Shown: positions 34,251 through 42,848 of the stretch, piece after piece
How positions within the stretch are numbered: position 1 is the first letter of the stretch
Layout: every line of letters begins with the position of its first letter
Source of the DNA: an uncultured Candidatus Saccharibacteria bacterium
GTDB taxonomy: Bacteria; Patescibacteriota; Minisyncoccia; Phycocordibacterales; JACOZG01
Direction of reading: 5' to 3'
Assembly: GCA_964444555.1 (NCBI GenBank)
Contig: CAYUHC010000003.1
Coordinates: 1-46,830 of the forward strand
Length of the DNA: 46,830 nucleotides
Position numbers and translations under genes: made by a program
The notes under the pieces: model-generated
What the model saw: only the letters and a program-made list of their open reading frames with translations
What the model was told of the DNA's origin: nothing
The model's database searches: none

Positions 34251-35344
34251 GATTGTCGGGTGTGTCTTGAAATGCTTACAATAATTCCGGCTTCTAATAA
34301 GGCAAACAAGAGAGCCGTTCCGCCGTGACTCACGAAGAGCAAGGGAGTGCCCGTGAGCGGAATCACCCCGAGCATTGAGGCGATATTAATAAATGTTCCG
34401 GTCATAATCATTATAACAATCCCCACGGTGACCAGTCTACCGAACTGATTGGGAGCCCGGGTGGCAATTCGGAAGCCCGCCAAAGCAAAGAGGAGGAAGG
34501 CGGCCAAAATGGTGGTGGCGCCGACGAAGCCAAACTCTTCGCTGGCCACTGAAAAGATTGAGTCACCGATCGGTTCTGGTAGATATTTAAACTTTTGAAT
34601 GCTTTGGCCAAAGCCGCGGCCAAATACTCCCCCAGAGCCAATGGCAATGAGTGATTGATTGATTTGATAGCTTGATCCCAAGATGTTGGCGTCCGGATTA
34701 ATAAAGGTTTTAACTCGGGCAACGATGTAGGGCTTGTAAGTCGCCACGCCAGCAATGCCGACCACAACAAGTAGGCACAGAATAAATAAGTCTCGCCACC
34801 GGGCGCCGGCGACGAAAAACATGGCCAAGCCGGCGCTAAACATGATTACTAGAGTATCAATATCGGGCTGGAGAGCCATCACGACGCCGATGATCCCGAG
34901 CATGATGAGGAATGGGAATAATCCTTGGCGTGGACGGCTGAGGTCATTTTTATTTTTGGCTAGCCAGGCGGCGAGAAATAAGACATAACCTAACTTCAAA
35001 AATTCTGAGGGCTGGATGGTGAGCGAACCCAAAAGAATCCAGCGTCTCGCGCCGCCTGAGGCAAAGCCGAGTCCGGGGACAAAGACTAAGAGCGTGGCGA
35101 CCACCGAAGCCACAAATAAAATTAGACTGTATTTTCGCCACAAGCGGTAATCAATTGTGGAGACGATTAAAAAAACCAACCAACTAACTAGCAAAATTAG
35201 GAATTGTTTTAGCGCCACCGTTCCGACGGTGGCGCCCTCTCGGCTGAGAAGTCCCAAAGAAGCGGAGGAGAAGACGAAAAATCCCAGCAAGGATAGACCC
35301 AGGACGAGAAAGAAAAATAATCGATCTGGTTTGGTGCGACTCAT
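34247..35344 (-). CDS. ftsW: SEDS-family lipid II flippase/peptidoglycan polymerase FtsW
   Basis: Polytopic protein with QPSEFLK and the conserved C-terminal GGTALL-type motif. The ATG at 35344 is preferred, 2 nt after the mraY stop. Confidence 0.88.
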   Translation of the reverse strand: MSRTKPDRLFFFLVLGLSLLGFFVFSSASLGLLSREGATVGTVALKQFLILLVSWLVFLIVSTIDYRLWRKYSLILFVASVVATLLVFVPGLGFASGGARRWILLGSLTIQPSEFLKLGYVLFLAAWLAKNKNDLSRPRQGLFPFLIMLGIIGVVMALQPDIDTLVIMFSAGLAMFFVAGARWRDLFILCLLVVVGIAGVATYKPYIVARVKTFINPDANILGSSYQINQSLIAIGSGGVFGRGFGQSIQKFKYLPEPIGDSIFSVASEEFGFVGATTILAAFLLFALAGFRIATRAPNQFGRLVTVGIVIMIMTGTFINIASMLGVIPLTGTPLLFVSHGGTALLFALLEAGIIVSISRHTRQS

Positions 35345-35346
35345 GC

Positions 35347-36402
35347 TTAGCGTCCAATAAGAGTGATGATTAAGCCGAGAATGGCGGTAATGATACCGAT
35401 TACCCAATAACGCATCACTACTTTGTAGGCGGGCCAACCGATGGCTTCAAAGTGGTGGTGGATGGGAGCGACCAAAAACACCTTCTTGCCACGAAGTTTT
35501 TTGGAGCCAAGTTGGATGACGTTACCCAAAACCGTCGCGAATAAAGGGAAGGCCAAGAGCGGCAAAAGCAGGACGGAATTGGTGAGGAAGGCCACAACGC
35601 CCAAGGTGAGCGTTAATCCCATAATCCCCGTCTCGGACATGTAAAAACGCGCGGGTGGAATATTGAACCACAAAAAGGCTAAGGTTGCGCCAGTAATGGA
35701 AGCTGTTAAGGCGGCCAAGTCAATCTGGTTTTCGAAGAAGGCCAAGGCGGTGTAGGTAGCAAAAATAATGGCCATCACTCCGCCGGCTAAGCCGTCTAAT
35801 CCATCAATGACGCCGCTAGAGAATAGGGCGGCGATCACTGCCATAAAAATCGGTACTAACCACCAACCAACGAAAATTTCTCCCACAAATGGCACAAATA
35901 AAGTTTGCACCTCCAGTTTCCAAAAGAACCATAGTCCGATTGCTAACGCAATCCCCAAAACAATAATCAAGCGCTGTTTAAATGGTAATCCGCCTGAGGC
36001 GTAGCGTCCGGTGCCCCGGACCTCAAGCCAGTCGTCGATTAATCCAACCAGCGAGCCAAAGATGAGCGTCACAAACGGGATCCAGGTCTGTCCGCGTGAC
36101 AAAAAATTAAGTCGATCCCACAAATCGCCGGGCAAAAAGATGGAGGCCAAAACTAGTGCCGCCACGGTGATCAGGGTGCTGGCCCAAATGATTACACCGC
36201 CCATTCTGGGTGTGCCCGTTTCTTTGTGTTCGTGGAGCTTATTAAAGATCGGGGTGGCGTTGCCGCTAGGATCAACCTTGCCGGCGCGACGCTTCCACAA
36301 CTTATGACGATATAGATAGTTGGTCAGTAGCGGAGCGATGGCGATACCCACGAAGAAGGATAGGGTGATTGGTGCAAAAACTTTAAAGAAAGTAATCAGC
36401 AT
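35347..36402 (-). CDS. mraY: phospho-N-acetylmuramoyl-pentapeptide transferase
   Basis: PTMGG-like GTPRMGG, DDWLEV, NGVIDGLDGLA-like GVIDGLDGLAGG and HHHFE motifs. Confidence 0.93.
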   Translation of the reverse strand: MLITFFKVFAPITLSFFVGIAIAPLLTNYLYRHKLWKRRAGKVDPSGNATPIFNKLHEHKETGTPRMGGVIIWASTLITVAALVLASIFLPGDLWDRLNFLSRGQTWIPFVTLIFGSLVGLIDDWLEVRGTGRYASGGLPFKQRLIIVLGIALAIGLWFFWKLEVQTLFVPFVGEIFVGWWLVPIFMAVIAALFSSGVIDGLDGLAGGVMAIIFATYTALAFFENQIDLAALTASITGATLAFLWFNIPPARFYMSETGIMGLTLTLGVVAFLTNSVLLLPLLAFPLFATVLGNVIQLGSKKLRGKKVFLVAPIHHHFEAIGWPAYKVVMRYWVIGIITAILGLIITLIGR

Positions 36403-36403
36403 A

Positions 36404-36928
36404 TTAATTTTGAGAATTAATGGTTAGTTCGGCTCGAACGGCTTCGCGGTCTGGTAGATTATTGGGCGAAGTCAGGCCGAGATACTGCCACAATTCTAAA
36501 GTGGGTTGGTAAAGATAAGTGCGAGCGTCGGCGGGGTTAGGGAGGCGTTCCACCAGGCCACGAATTTGGAGCGCCCGGAGAATAAAGCTGGAATTAACTC
36601 CGCGAATGTAGTCGATTTCGGCCCGAGTAATTGGTCCTTTGTAGGCGACGATGGAGAGCGTTTCGAGCGCGGCTTTACCTAGGTCGCGAGAGAGTTCCTC
36701 TTTGGTTAGTTGGGCGATTAAGTCGCTGGCGGCGGGATTGGTTCCTAGGGTCGCCGAACGTTCGTCGCGAATTAGGGTTAGCCCTCGGTCAGCCAACTTT
36801 TGACTTAATTCTTCGAGGGCGGAGGAAATTTCTTCTGGTGAACAATTTAGCCAAGCGGCCAGATCAGCCAGCGATACCGGCTCAGCCTTCCAAAATAAAA
36901 TTGCCTCAATTTGGGCGTGACGTGGCAT
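36404..36928 (-). CDS. scpB: segregation and condensation protein B
   Basis: IEAILFWKAEPVSL and AYKGPITRAEIDYIRGV winged-helix motifs, downstream of scpA. Confidence 0.9.
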   Translation of the reverse strand: MPRHAQIEAILFWKAEPVSLADLAAWLNCSPEEISSALEELSQKLADRGLTLIRDERSATLGTNPAASDLIAQLTKEELSRDLGKAALETLSIVAYKGPITRAEIDYIRGVNSSFILRALQIRGLVERLPNPADARTYLYQPTLELWQYLGLTSPNNLPDREAVRAELTINSQN

Positions 36929-36990
36929 GGCTAATTGTTGAGCAGTATAGCTGGTTTGGGGGTTTTTCGCAAAACCAGAAATGTCGATAA

Positions 36991-37731
36991 TTATTCGTAA
37001 CGCGGCACATTGCTGGGGCCAGCCGTTTCGATAGCGATGTCATCAAATTGAGCGGATTGCTCGACAGTCACGATGCCCCGCTTGACTAATTCGAGCATTC
37101 CCAAAAAGCTAACGATGATATTAACTTTTTCTGCTTTGTCTCGGACAAAATCTTTAAAACTCATGCGCAGAGCTCCCTGGACTCGTTTGGCCAGATCGGT
37201 AATTGCTTCTTCTAAACTTAAAACTTTTCGGACAACCACTTGAGGGATTGCTTCAGTTTTTGGCAAATTATTGATCACCGCCTTAATCGCTTCGACGACG
37301 GTGGCCAAGGTGAGGTCGCGGGCGGGCGCGAAAACCACTGGCCGCGCTCTCTGACCAGCGGGGGTGAAGATGATCTGCTGGCCAAAGCGCTCCTTAATAA
37401 AGCCGCTAACGCTCCGCACCTTTTCTAGTAAACGGAGGCGTCTTTCTAGATCCTGCATATCGCTCGATTCTTCGGGCGTGACGGGTAGGGTCGGCAGAAG
37501 AGAAATTGATTTGATCAGCATTAGGGTCGAGGCCACTAAGACAAAGTTGGCCATCATCCCCTTTTCTAACTGCTCACCAAACTTTTGCATATGCTCAATA
37601 AACGCGTCCGCTACCGCCGCCAGTGAGACTTGAGAAATATGCAATTTGCGCTCTTCGATTAAGCCCAACAAAACTTCGAGTGGTCCTTCGAACTCCCCAA
37701 CCTTAACTTGAAACTTTGATTCTGAGTTCAT
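36991..37731 (-). CDS. scpA: segregation and condensation protein A (kleisin)
   Basis: FEGPLEVLLGLIEERKLHISQVSLAAVADAF N-terminal kleisin motif. Confidence 0.9.
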   Translation of the reverse strand: MNSESKFQVKVGEFEGPLEVLLGLIEERKLHISQVSLAAVADAFIEHMQKFGEQLEKGMMANFVLVASTLMLIKSISLLPTLPVTPEESSDMQDLERRLRLLEKVRSVSGFIKERFGQQIIFTPAGQRARPVVFAPARDLTLATVVEAIKAVINNLPKTEAIPQVVVRKVLSLEEAITDLAKRVQGALRMSFKDFVRDKAEKVNIIVSFLGMLELVKRGIVTVEQSAQFDDIAIETAGPSNVPRYE

Positions 37732-39112
37732 TGAGTTGTTTGGCTTCGATTTCGGACGGGGCGCTCATCATTAGATCCTGACCTTCACCCGTTTTAGGGA
37801 AAGCGATTACCTCGCGAATGTTTGGCTCCCCTGCCAAAAGAGAAATGAGGCGATCCAAGCCCCAAGCAATGCCGCCATGCGGTGGCGCTCCCGAACCGAG
37901 GGCTTCGAGCATGTGGCCGAAGTTTTTGGTGATTCGTTCTTCGGTGAAGCCCATAATCTCAAAAACTTTTTTCAGAGCTTCCGGCCGATGATTACGGATC
38001 GAACCGCCACCAATCTCGAAACCATTTAGAGCTACGTCGTATTGAGTGGTGATGATTTTTTCAATATCTTGCTTGGCCATTAGAGCCGCCTCCCACTCTG
38101 GAGTGGGGCGGGAAAAGGGGTTATGGGTAAAGGTCCAGCCTGACTGACCAGAGCTGTTGTCATCCGTCTTTTCAAAGAACGGGAAATCAACCACCCAACA
38201 AAAAGCCAGTAAGTTAGGATCATTTTTATCGGCGCGCAAGTCTGGTCGGTCGGTGCCATACTTCTCCATCGCTTCGGCATAGGTTAGGCGCGGGAAAGGA
38301 ATTGTTTGAATTTTTTTCTCGGGCGTGAGAGTCTGAACAATCTTGATCAGTAGTTCTTCGTTAAGCGCCATTACATCTTCACGATCCACAAAAGACAGTT
38401 CCATGTCTAACTGAGTAAATTCTGGCTGACGGTCACCGCGAGTATCTTCGTCGCGGAAGCAGCGCGCGATTTGGAAATAGCGTTCCAGCCCAGCCGCCAT
38501 CAGTAATTGCTTGTACTGTTGAGGCGACTGAGGCAGGGCGTAGAATTTGCCAGGATATAAACGCGAAGGTACCACGTAGTCGCGGGCGCCTTCGGGCGTG
38601 GATTTGGTTAGAATCGGCGTCTCTACTTCGACAAAATTGCGCTCACTAAGATGATCACGAATGAGACGCACAATCTCGTGTCGGAGACGGAGATTTTTTT
38701 GCATTCGCGGTCGACGCAAATCAAGATAACGGTAGTGCAGGCGATGTTCCTCCCCCGTCTCGTAACCACTGTCATCGAGCGGAATCGGTGGCGTGGTCGC
38801 TTCGTTTAAAATCGTGATGGCTAAAATCTCCAGCTCAATCGCGCCGTTCAATTTATCGGCCTGAACACTTTTCTCTGGGCGGGCATTAACTTTGCCGCGC
38901 ACTTCTACTACCCACTCGGGACGGATTTTGCTACCTACCTCGTGGGCCTCTTTAGCGTTAGGCAGGATGACGCCTTGGACCTTGCCGGTTTGGTCGCGAA
39001 AGTCAAAGAAGATCATTTTACCCTGATCGCGGCGGACATCTACCCAGCCAGCGATAACGACCTCTTGACCAGCGTGGGCCGAGAGATCTTTGATTAGCGT
39101 CCGATTTTTCAT
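37703..39112 (-). CDS. aspS: aspartyl-tRNA synthetase, bacterial-type core lacking the GAD insertion
   Basis: OB N-domain, QSPQQYKQLLM, FQIARCFRDEDTRGDRQPEFTQLD and GGIAWGLDRL. Only ~10 residues separate RPDLR from FCWVVDFPFFE, where bacterial AspRS normally carries the GAD domain. Confidence 0.92.
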   Translation of the reverse strand: MKNRTLIKDLSAHAGQEVVIAGWVDVRRDQGKMIFFDFRDQTGKVQGVILPNAKEAHEVGSKIRPEWVVEVRGKVNARPEKSVQADKLNGAIELEILAITILNEATTPPIPLDDSGYETGEEHRLHYRYLDLRRPRMQKNLRLRHEIVRLIRDHLSERNFVEVETPILTKSTPEGARDYVVPSRLYPGKFYALPQSPQQYKQLLMAAGLERYFQIARCFRDEDTRGDRQPEFTQLDMELSFVDREDVMALNEELLIKIVQTLTPEKKIQTIPFPRLTYAEAMEKYGTDRPDLRADKNDPNLLAFCWVVDFPFFEKTDDNSSGQSGWTFTHNPFSRPTPEWEAALMAKQDIEKIITTQYDVALNGFEIGGGSIRNHRPEALKKVFEIMGFTEERITKNFGHMLEALGSGAPPHGGIAWGLDRLISLLAGEPNIREVIAFPKTGEGQDLMMSAPSEIEAKQLNELRIKVSS

Positions 39113-39141
39113 AATTTAAGTTATACCACTCTTTGAGCCAC

Positions 39142-39176
39142 AAAAAAAGCGCTGGGGAAGTAAACCTCCCCAGCGC
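39142..39176 (-). terminator. rho-independent terminator for the 39199-39783 gene
   Basis: On the minus strand, gcgctgggga / tccccagcgc forms a 10-bp stem with an 8-nt loop, followed by a T7 run. Confidence 0.8.
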
Positions 39177-39198
39177 CACCCTTCGCCGTCGCTGGCCC

Positions 39199-39783
39199 CT
39201 AAGGACCAATGACGAAGCGTAAACCAATCGTCCCATACCACCCGTCCCCGTCGACGTGCGCTTTGCTCGTCCAGGTGTCGGTAAAGCGGTAGCCACCCTC
39301 GATAACTAATCCGAGGCGCTCCGTGCGATCTAGTGGGATCTCGCTCCTTAGGCCCAGGATTAATCCTACCCCAGAAAAATGATCGCGCTCTTGTGACCGC
39401 AACGGACCCAACCGGCCAGACATTCGATAGCGAGCTTCGAAAAATTCTCCGCCCACGGTCAGACCGAGCAACCTGGTTTCGGTGGGATACAGAGCGATCC
39501 CTGAGGCCGATGCCCACAAGAAGCCTTCGCCCGCGCCACTGGCCACGAGATGATCGGCGGGGACTCGGCCCTGATTCCCCTGCCACTCGTTCCAGATTTC
39601 CAACTTCTTTCCCAGCGGCTGAGCCAAGCGGACGGTCCCCACGGGGATGGTGGCGCGGCTTCGGAAGCCGTTGTAATTGCCTCGGATTTGCCGAGTGCTA
39701 GCTCCGACGGTTAACGTACTGCCTGGCGCGACGCATCCGGCGCTCACCAGGGCCAGGGTTGCCAACAAGATTTGCTGTCGCAT
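39199..39783 (-). CDS. GC-rich lipoprotein with beta-strand-rich, barrel-like sequence pattern
   Basis: AAGGAGG lies 6 nt before the ATG at 39783. Lipobox LVSAGC. Alternating hydrophobic dipeptide patterns run to the C-terminus (GLVIEGGYRF ... WYGTIGLRFVIGP). It has its own terminator. Confidence 0.6.
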   Translation of the reverse strand: MRQQILLATLALVSAGCVAPGSTLTVGASTRQIRGNYNGFRSRATIPVGTVRLAQPLGKKLEIWNEWQGNQGRVPADHLVASGAGEGFLWASASGIALYPTETRLLGLTVGGEFFEARYRMSGRLGPLRSQERDHFSGVGLILGLRSEIPLDRTERLGLVIEGGYRFTDTWTSKAHVDGDGWYGTIGLRFVIGP

Positions 39784-39845
39784 CACTGACCTCCTTTTCA
39801 GTTTTTAGTTTTGATGTCCCGCCTACTTATACCACAAATTATAAG

Positions 39846-39863
39846 ATTGGAAGAACTTCCAAT
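39846..39863. terminator. palindromic hairpin downstream of trpS (bidirectional terminator candidate)
   Basis: attggaag-aa-cttccaat with T-rich flanks on both strands. Confidence 0.5.
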
Positions 39864-39884
39864 TTTTCGAATTCGTTCTCGCAT

Positions 39885-40835
39885 TTAGGAAATACCTAGA
39901 TTCTGTCGAGCTTGCGCCATGGTGAGGTTAGCCGACGCTCTCGCCTCTTCGGCTCCCTGGGCTAGAATCTCTTTGACCTGGTCTGGGTTGGCGGCAATCG
40001 CTTCGCGCCGCTCGCGTAGGGGCGCGATAAAATTACGAATGTCGGCGATCAAGGCCTCCTTCAGTTCTTTATACTTCCCCTTTTTGGACTCATAAAGCGC
40101 GCTTAACTCTTCAGGGCTGCGGAAGAGTTTGTGGATCTCGTAAACGTTTTGGGGCACGTCGCCGCTCGAGTCAGTCACAATCGCCATGACCTGCTTAGCA
40201 ATCTCTTCGTCGGTCGCGAAGAGTGGAATGGTGTTGCCGTAGCTCTTACTCATCTTTTGGCCATCAATGCCGGGCACGGTTTTAACTTCTGGCAAAATTA
40301 ATGGCTCGGGGAGTTTAAAGGTCTCGCCAAACAGGCGATTAAATTTTTCGGCCGTGTCGCGAGCAATCTCGATATGTTGTTTCTGATCCTGGCCAACTGG
40401 CACCACGTCAGCTTGGTACAAAAGAATGTCGGCCGCCATCAGCATCGGATAGTCAAAGGTGCCAACGCTAATCTCTTTGTTTTTGGCTTCGGCATCTTTA
40501 AAGGCGTGAGCGCGCATGAGGTAAGGTACCGTGGTGATGCAATTAAAGATCCAAGCTAGCTCGGTGTGGGCGGTGACATCAGATTGTTTAAAGAGGGTCA
40601 CGCGCTCGGGGTCAAGGCCGATCGCCAGATAATCAATCGCTAGATCGAGCGTGTTTTGACGCAGTTTGACGGGATCACTTTCGGTCGTGAGGGCGTGGTA
40701 ATCAGCCAGCATAATAAAGCAGTGATAATTCTGCTGGAGATCAACAAATTGTTTTAGCGCCCCAAAATAATTACCAAGATGGGGTCGGCCCGTTGGCTTA
40801 ACACCCGAGAGCAAGATTTTTTTCTGGTCGGTCAT
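39885..40835 (-). CDS. trpS: tryptophanyl-tRNA synthetase
   Basis: SGVKPTGRPHLGNYFG (HIGH-type) and KMSKS present. Confidence 0.93.
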   Translation of the reverse strand: MTDQKKILLSGVKPTGRPHLGNYFGALKQFVDLQQNYHCFIMLADYHALTTESDPVKLRQNTLDLAIDYLAIGLDPERVTLFKQSDVTAHTELAWIFNCITTVPYLMRAHAFKDAEAKNKEISVGTFDYPMLMAADILLYQADVVPVGQDQKQHIEIARDTAEKFNRLFGETFKLPEPLILPEVKTVPGIDGQKMSKSYGNTIPLFATDEEIAKQVMAIVTDSSGDVPQNVYEIHKLFRSPEELSALYESKKGKYKELKEALIADIRNFIAPLRERREAIAANPDQVKEILAQGAEEARASANLTMAQARQNLGIS

Positions 40836-40962
40836 ATGTGGACAATCATAGCAAAAAAGTGGTGCAGGTAAAACTAGAGTATGCTAGGCTAAAAGTGGAG
40901 CTCGTTGCTCTCTAAATGTTGGCCGTTCCTTTCCCACTTCTCTATTTGCAGGAGGAAGTCTC

Positions 40963-41418
40963 GTGAGTCGAAAACTGTTTTGGGGAATAATGGCTTTGAG
41001 CCTGATCTCCCCGCTCATCTCTGGTCAGGGCTGTGCGCCGCCGGCCATTGTGGAGACGCCGACTGATCGCGTCTATCGCCTGTGCCGACCCGTTGGTTAC
41101 AGCGATGAGTACATTGCCTCCATCCTCTCTGGCGCCAGGCAGGATTATGCTAATGGTTATAGCTATGGCGAAGAGATGGACGCTGTGCGCAATGGTTGTG
41201 ACACTGGGTGTAACCGGGCCTACTACTATTACAACGATCAGGTGGGGTGTTACCAAACCTGCGTGCCGTGTGGCGAGGCCATCGTGTCGTTGTATTGGAA
41301 TCCAACTGCTTTAAAGGAGGTCGTCGATGAAGCGTCTGATCTGGCTGGTGCTCCTACCGCTGGTGGTGGCTCCCAGCTGCGAAAACTCTTCGGCGCCGGA
41401 GGTTGCTCCGCCCGCTGA
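40963..41418 (+). CDS. cysteine-rich putative lipoprotein
   Basis: GGAGGA lies 7 nt before the GTG at 40963. Signal peptide with ISGQGC. There are 11 Cys in total, 9 in the region before the overlap, including CDTGC and CVPC pairs. The 3' 92 nt overlap the next ORF. Confidence 0.5.
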   Translation: MSRKLFWGIMALSLISPLISGQGCAPPAIVETPTDRVYRLCRPVGYSDEYIASILSGARQDYANGYSYGEEMDAVRNGCDTGCNRAYYYYNDQVGCYQTCVPCGEAIVSLYWNPTALKEVVDEASDLAGAPTAGGGSQLRKLFGAGGCSAR

Positions 41419-41590
41419 GGTGCCAGCCCCCAAGGTGGAGCCGCCACAGGCCGTGGTCACTGGACCAAAAACTGATCGGCCGTATCCCCCACCTCCGGGG
41501 TGGACGGTGCGACCAAGAGCCGAAGCGCGAGATGCGATGGAAAATTGCCCCCGACTTTCGGCGGGCGAAGGAGGAGCTTATGATCTGTGA
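41327..41590 (+). CDS. proline-rich putative lipoprotein
   Basis: AAGGAGG lies 6 nt before the ATG. The lipoprotein signal is MKRLIWLVLLPLVVAPSC, followed by a PEVAPPAEVPAPKVEPP low-complexity linker. Confidence 0.55.
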   Translation: MKRLIWLVLLPLVVAPSCENSSAPEVAPPAEVPAPKVEPPQAVVTGPKTDRPYPPPPGWTVRPRAEARDAMENCPRLSAGEGGAYDL

Positions 41591-41598
41591 GCAGCGTA

Positions 41599-41640
41599 AA
41601 GCGCCAGTACCAACTAATTGGTACTGGCGCTTATATTTTT
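41599..41640. terminator. bidirectional rho-independent terminator
   Basis: aagcgccagtacca / tggtactggcgctt forms a 14-bp stem with loop actaat, between convergent genes. T-rich on the plus side (atattttt). Confidence 0.8.
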
Positions 41641-42754
41641 ATTCCCAAGGCATCACTCGCGGGTCATAAAAATTTTCGGGGAAGGCTGGTTCGGGCACGT
41701 TTGGCGAGGCGGTAGTGGTGGCGGAAACTTCTGGTAACCTACCCAGCAATGATCGCGCTTGATCATATTCGCCCAATCTAATCTGGAAGTGTAGGTGGGG
41801 CGAAAAATTGTCATTACCGGGCGCAATTGTCCCAAGAACGTCTCCGGCCTGAACCCAAAAGAGCTGACTGACCCATAACCCACCAGGCAAGACGTGGGTG
41901 TAGGTCGCCGTGTAAGGGAGATCGCCGTGGTGGTGCTCCACCACGATGTATCCGCCCCACTTCGGGTCAGTTGTCGAAAGCTTTACCATCCCCGAAGCGA
42001 TGGCGCAAACCGGATCACCCACCTCGGCTCGCAAATCGATGCCCGTGTGCAGGAGAGGGAAATTAGCTGGCGAGATGGTGCGCTGGCTCTCCGGCAACCA
42101 CGGTTCGCCAAAGTTGTAACCAGTAATCATCTCGGGCAAATAGCCGCCCCGCAAAGGAAAATGGTACCAGCCAGTATCTGCTGTTTGGATTGCCAGAAAG
42201 GGTCGAACCGATTCTACTGGATGTTCCCAGCTCGCAAAAGAGTTCATCTGATCTGGGTCGGCCGACTTAACGGTGGGGCAGATCGCGAGGCCGTAATTCT
42301 GCTCCGTCCACAGTCCCGAGCGCCACGCCAAATAAGTCTCGGTCAGATCAATAAACTTCCAAGCGTGACGACGCGAAGATTTGGCTTGGCCCATAAGCAC
42401 GCCAGAAACTTTTTTGACTTCCCAAGAACTGGTAACGCGCATGACTTGGATCTGGCCGTGAGCAACGCTTGAGGCAACTGGTTCTTCGTAGAGCCAGAGG
42501 CGGACGCGGACTGGTGATTTGGGCAACCCTTCCAGAGAAAAATAAACGAGGGTATAAAATTGGATTCCCGAGATTTGTCCGGTGGTAATCCGTTCCGGAT
42601 CGGAAAAGAGGTATCGCCCTGCGGACCTTTGGCCCGCTGGTCGAGCGACGTGCTGGAGAACTGGTCGCTGATCACGCAGGGGGTAGAAAGTTTCGTACTC
42701 GGTTTGGCCAAGGGCCAGAGCTGGCATGGCAGCTAAACAGCAAGCTAACCACAT
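41639..42754 (-). CDS. secreted protein: N-terminal DNRLRE-like beta-sandwich segment plus C-terminal M23 peptidase
   Basis: Signal peptide MWLACCLAAMPALALG. FSLEGLP...VRVRLWLYEE...IQVMRVTSSWE resembles the DNRLRE-type pattern. The C-terminus has HTGIDLRA, GGYIVVEHH and SPHLHFQIR M23 motifs. Confidence 0.7.
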   Translation of the reverse strand: MWLACCLAAMPALALGQTEYETFYPLRDQRPVLQHVARPAGQRSAGRYLFSDPERITTGQISGIQFYTLVYFSLEGLPKSPVRVRLWLYEEPVASSVAHGQIQVMRVTSSWEVKKVSGVLMGQAKSSRRHAWKFIDLTETYLAWRSGLWTEQNYGLAICPTVKSADPDQMNSFASWEHPVESVRPFLAIQTADTGWYHFPLRGGYLPEMITGYNFGEPWLPESQRTISPANFPLLHTGIDLRAEVGDPVCAIASGMVKLSTTDPKWGGYIVVEHHHGDLPYTATYTHVLPGGLWVSQLFWVQAGDVLGTIAPGNDNFSPHLHFQIRLGEYDQARSLLGRLPEVSATTTASPNVPEPAFPENFYDPRVMPWE

Positions 42755-42848
42755 TGTCGATCTCCTACTTTTTAAAGATCACCCACCCTGCTCCCACGCG
42801 AGAGCTTATGGTTGGGTCTACTTAAAAGTATACTATAGCTCGCTTAGT

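Noticed and set aside
39116-39586. A 156-aa minus-strand ORF overlapping the lipoprotein gene in another frame.
   Set aside because: The Arg/Gly/Trp-rich translation is typical of an off-frame reading of GC-rich DNA. It has no RBS and would read through the terminator hairpin. The 39199-39783 frame has an RBS, a lipobox and a terminator.
41403-41669. An 88-aa plus-strand ORF in the third frame over the Pro-rich lipoprotein gene and the terminator.
   Set aside because: It is an Arg-rich off-frame product, has no RBS, and runs through the 14-bp terminator stem.
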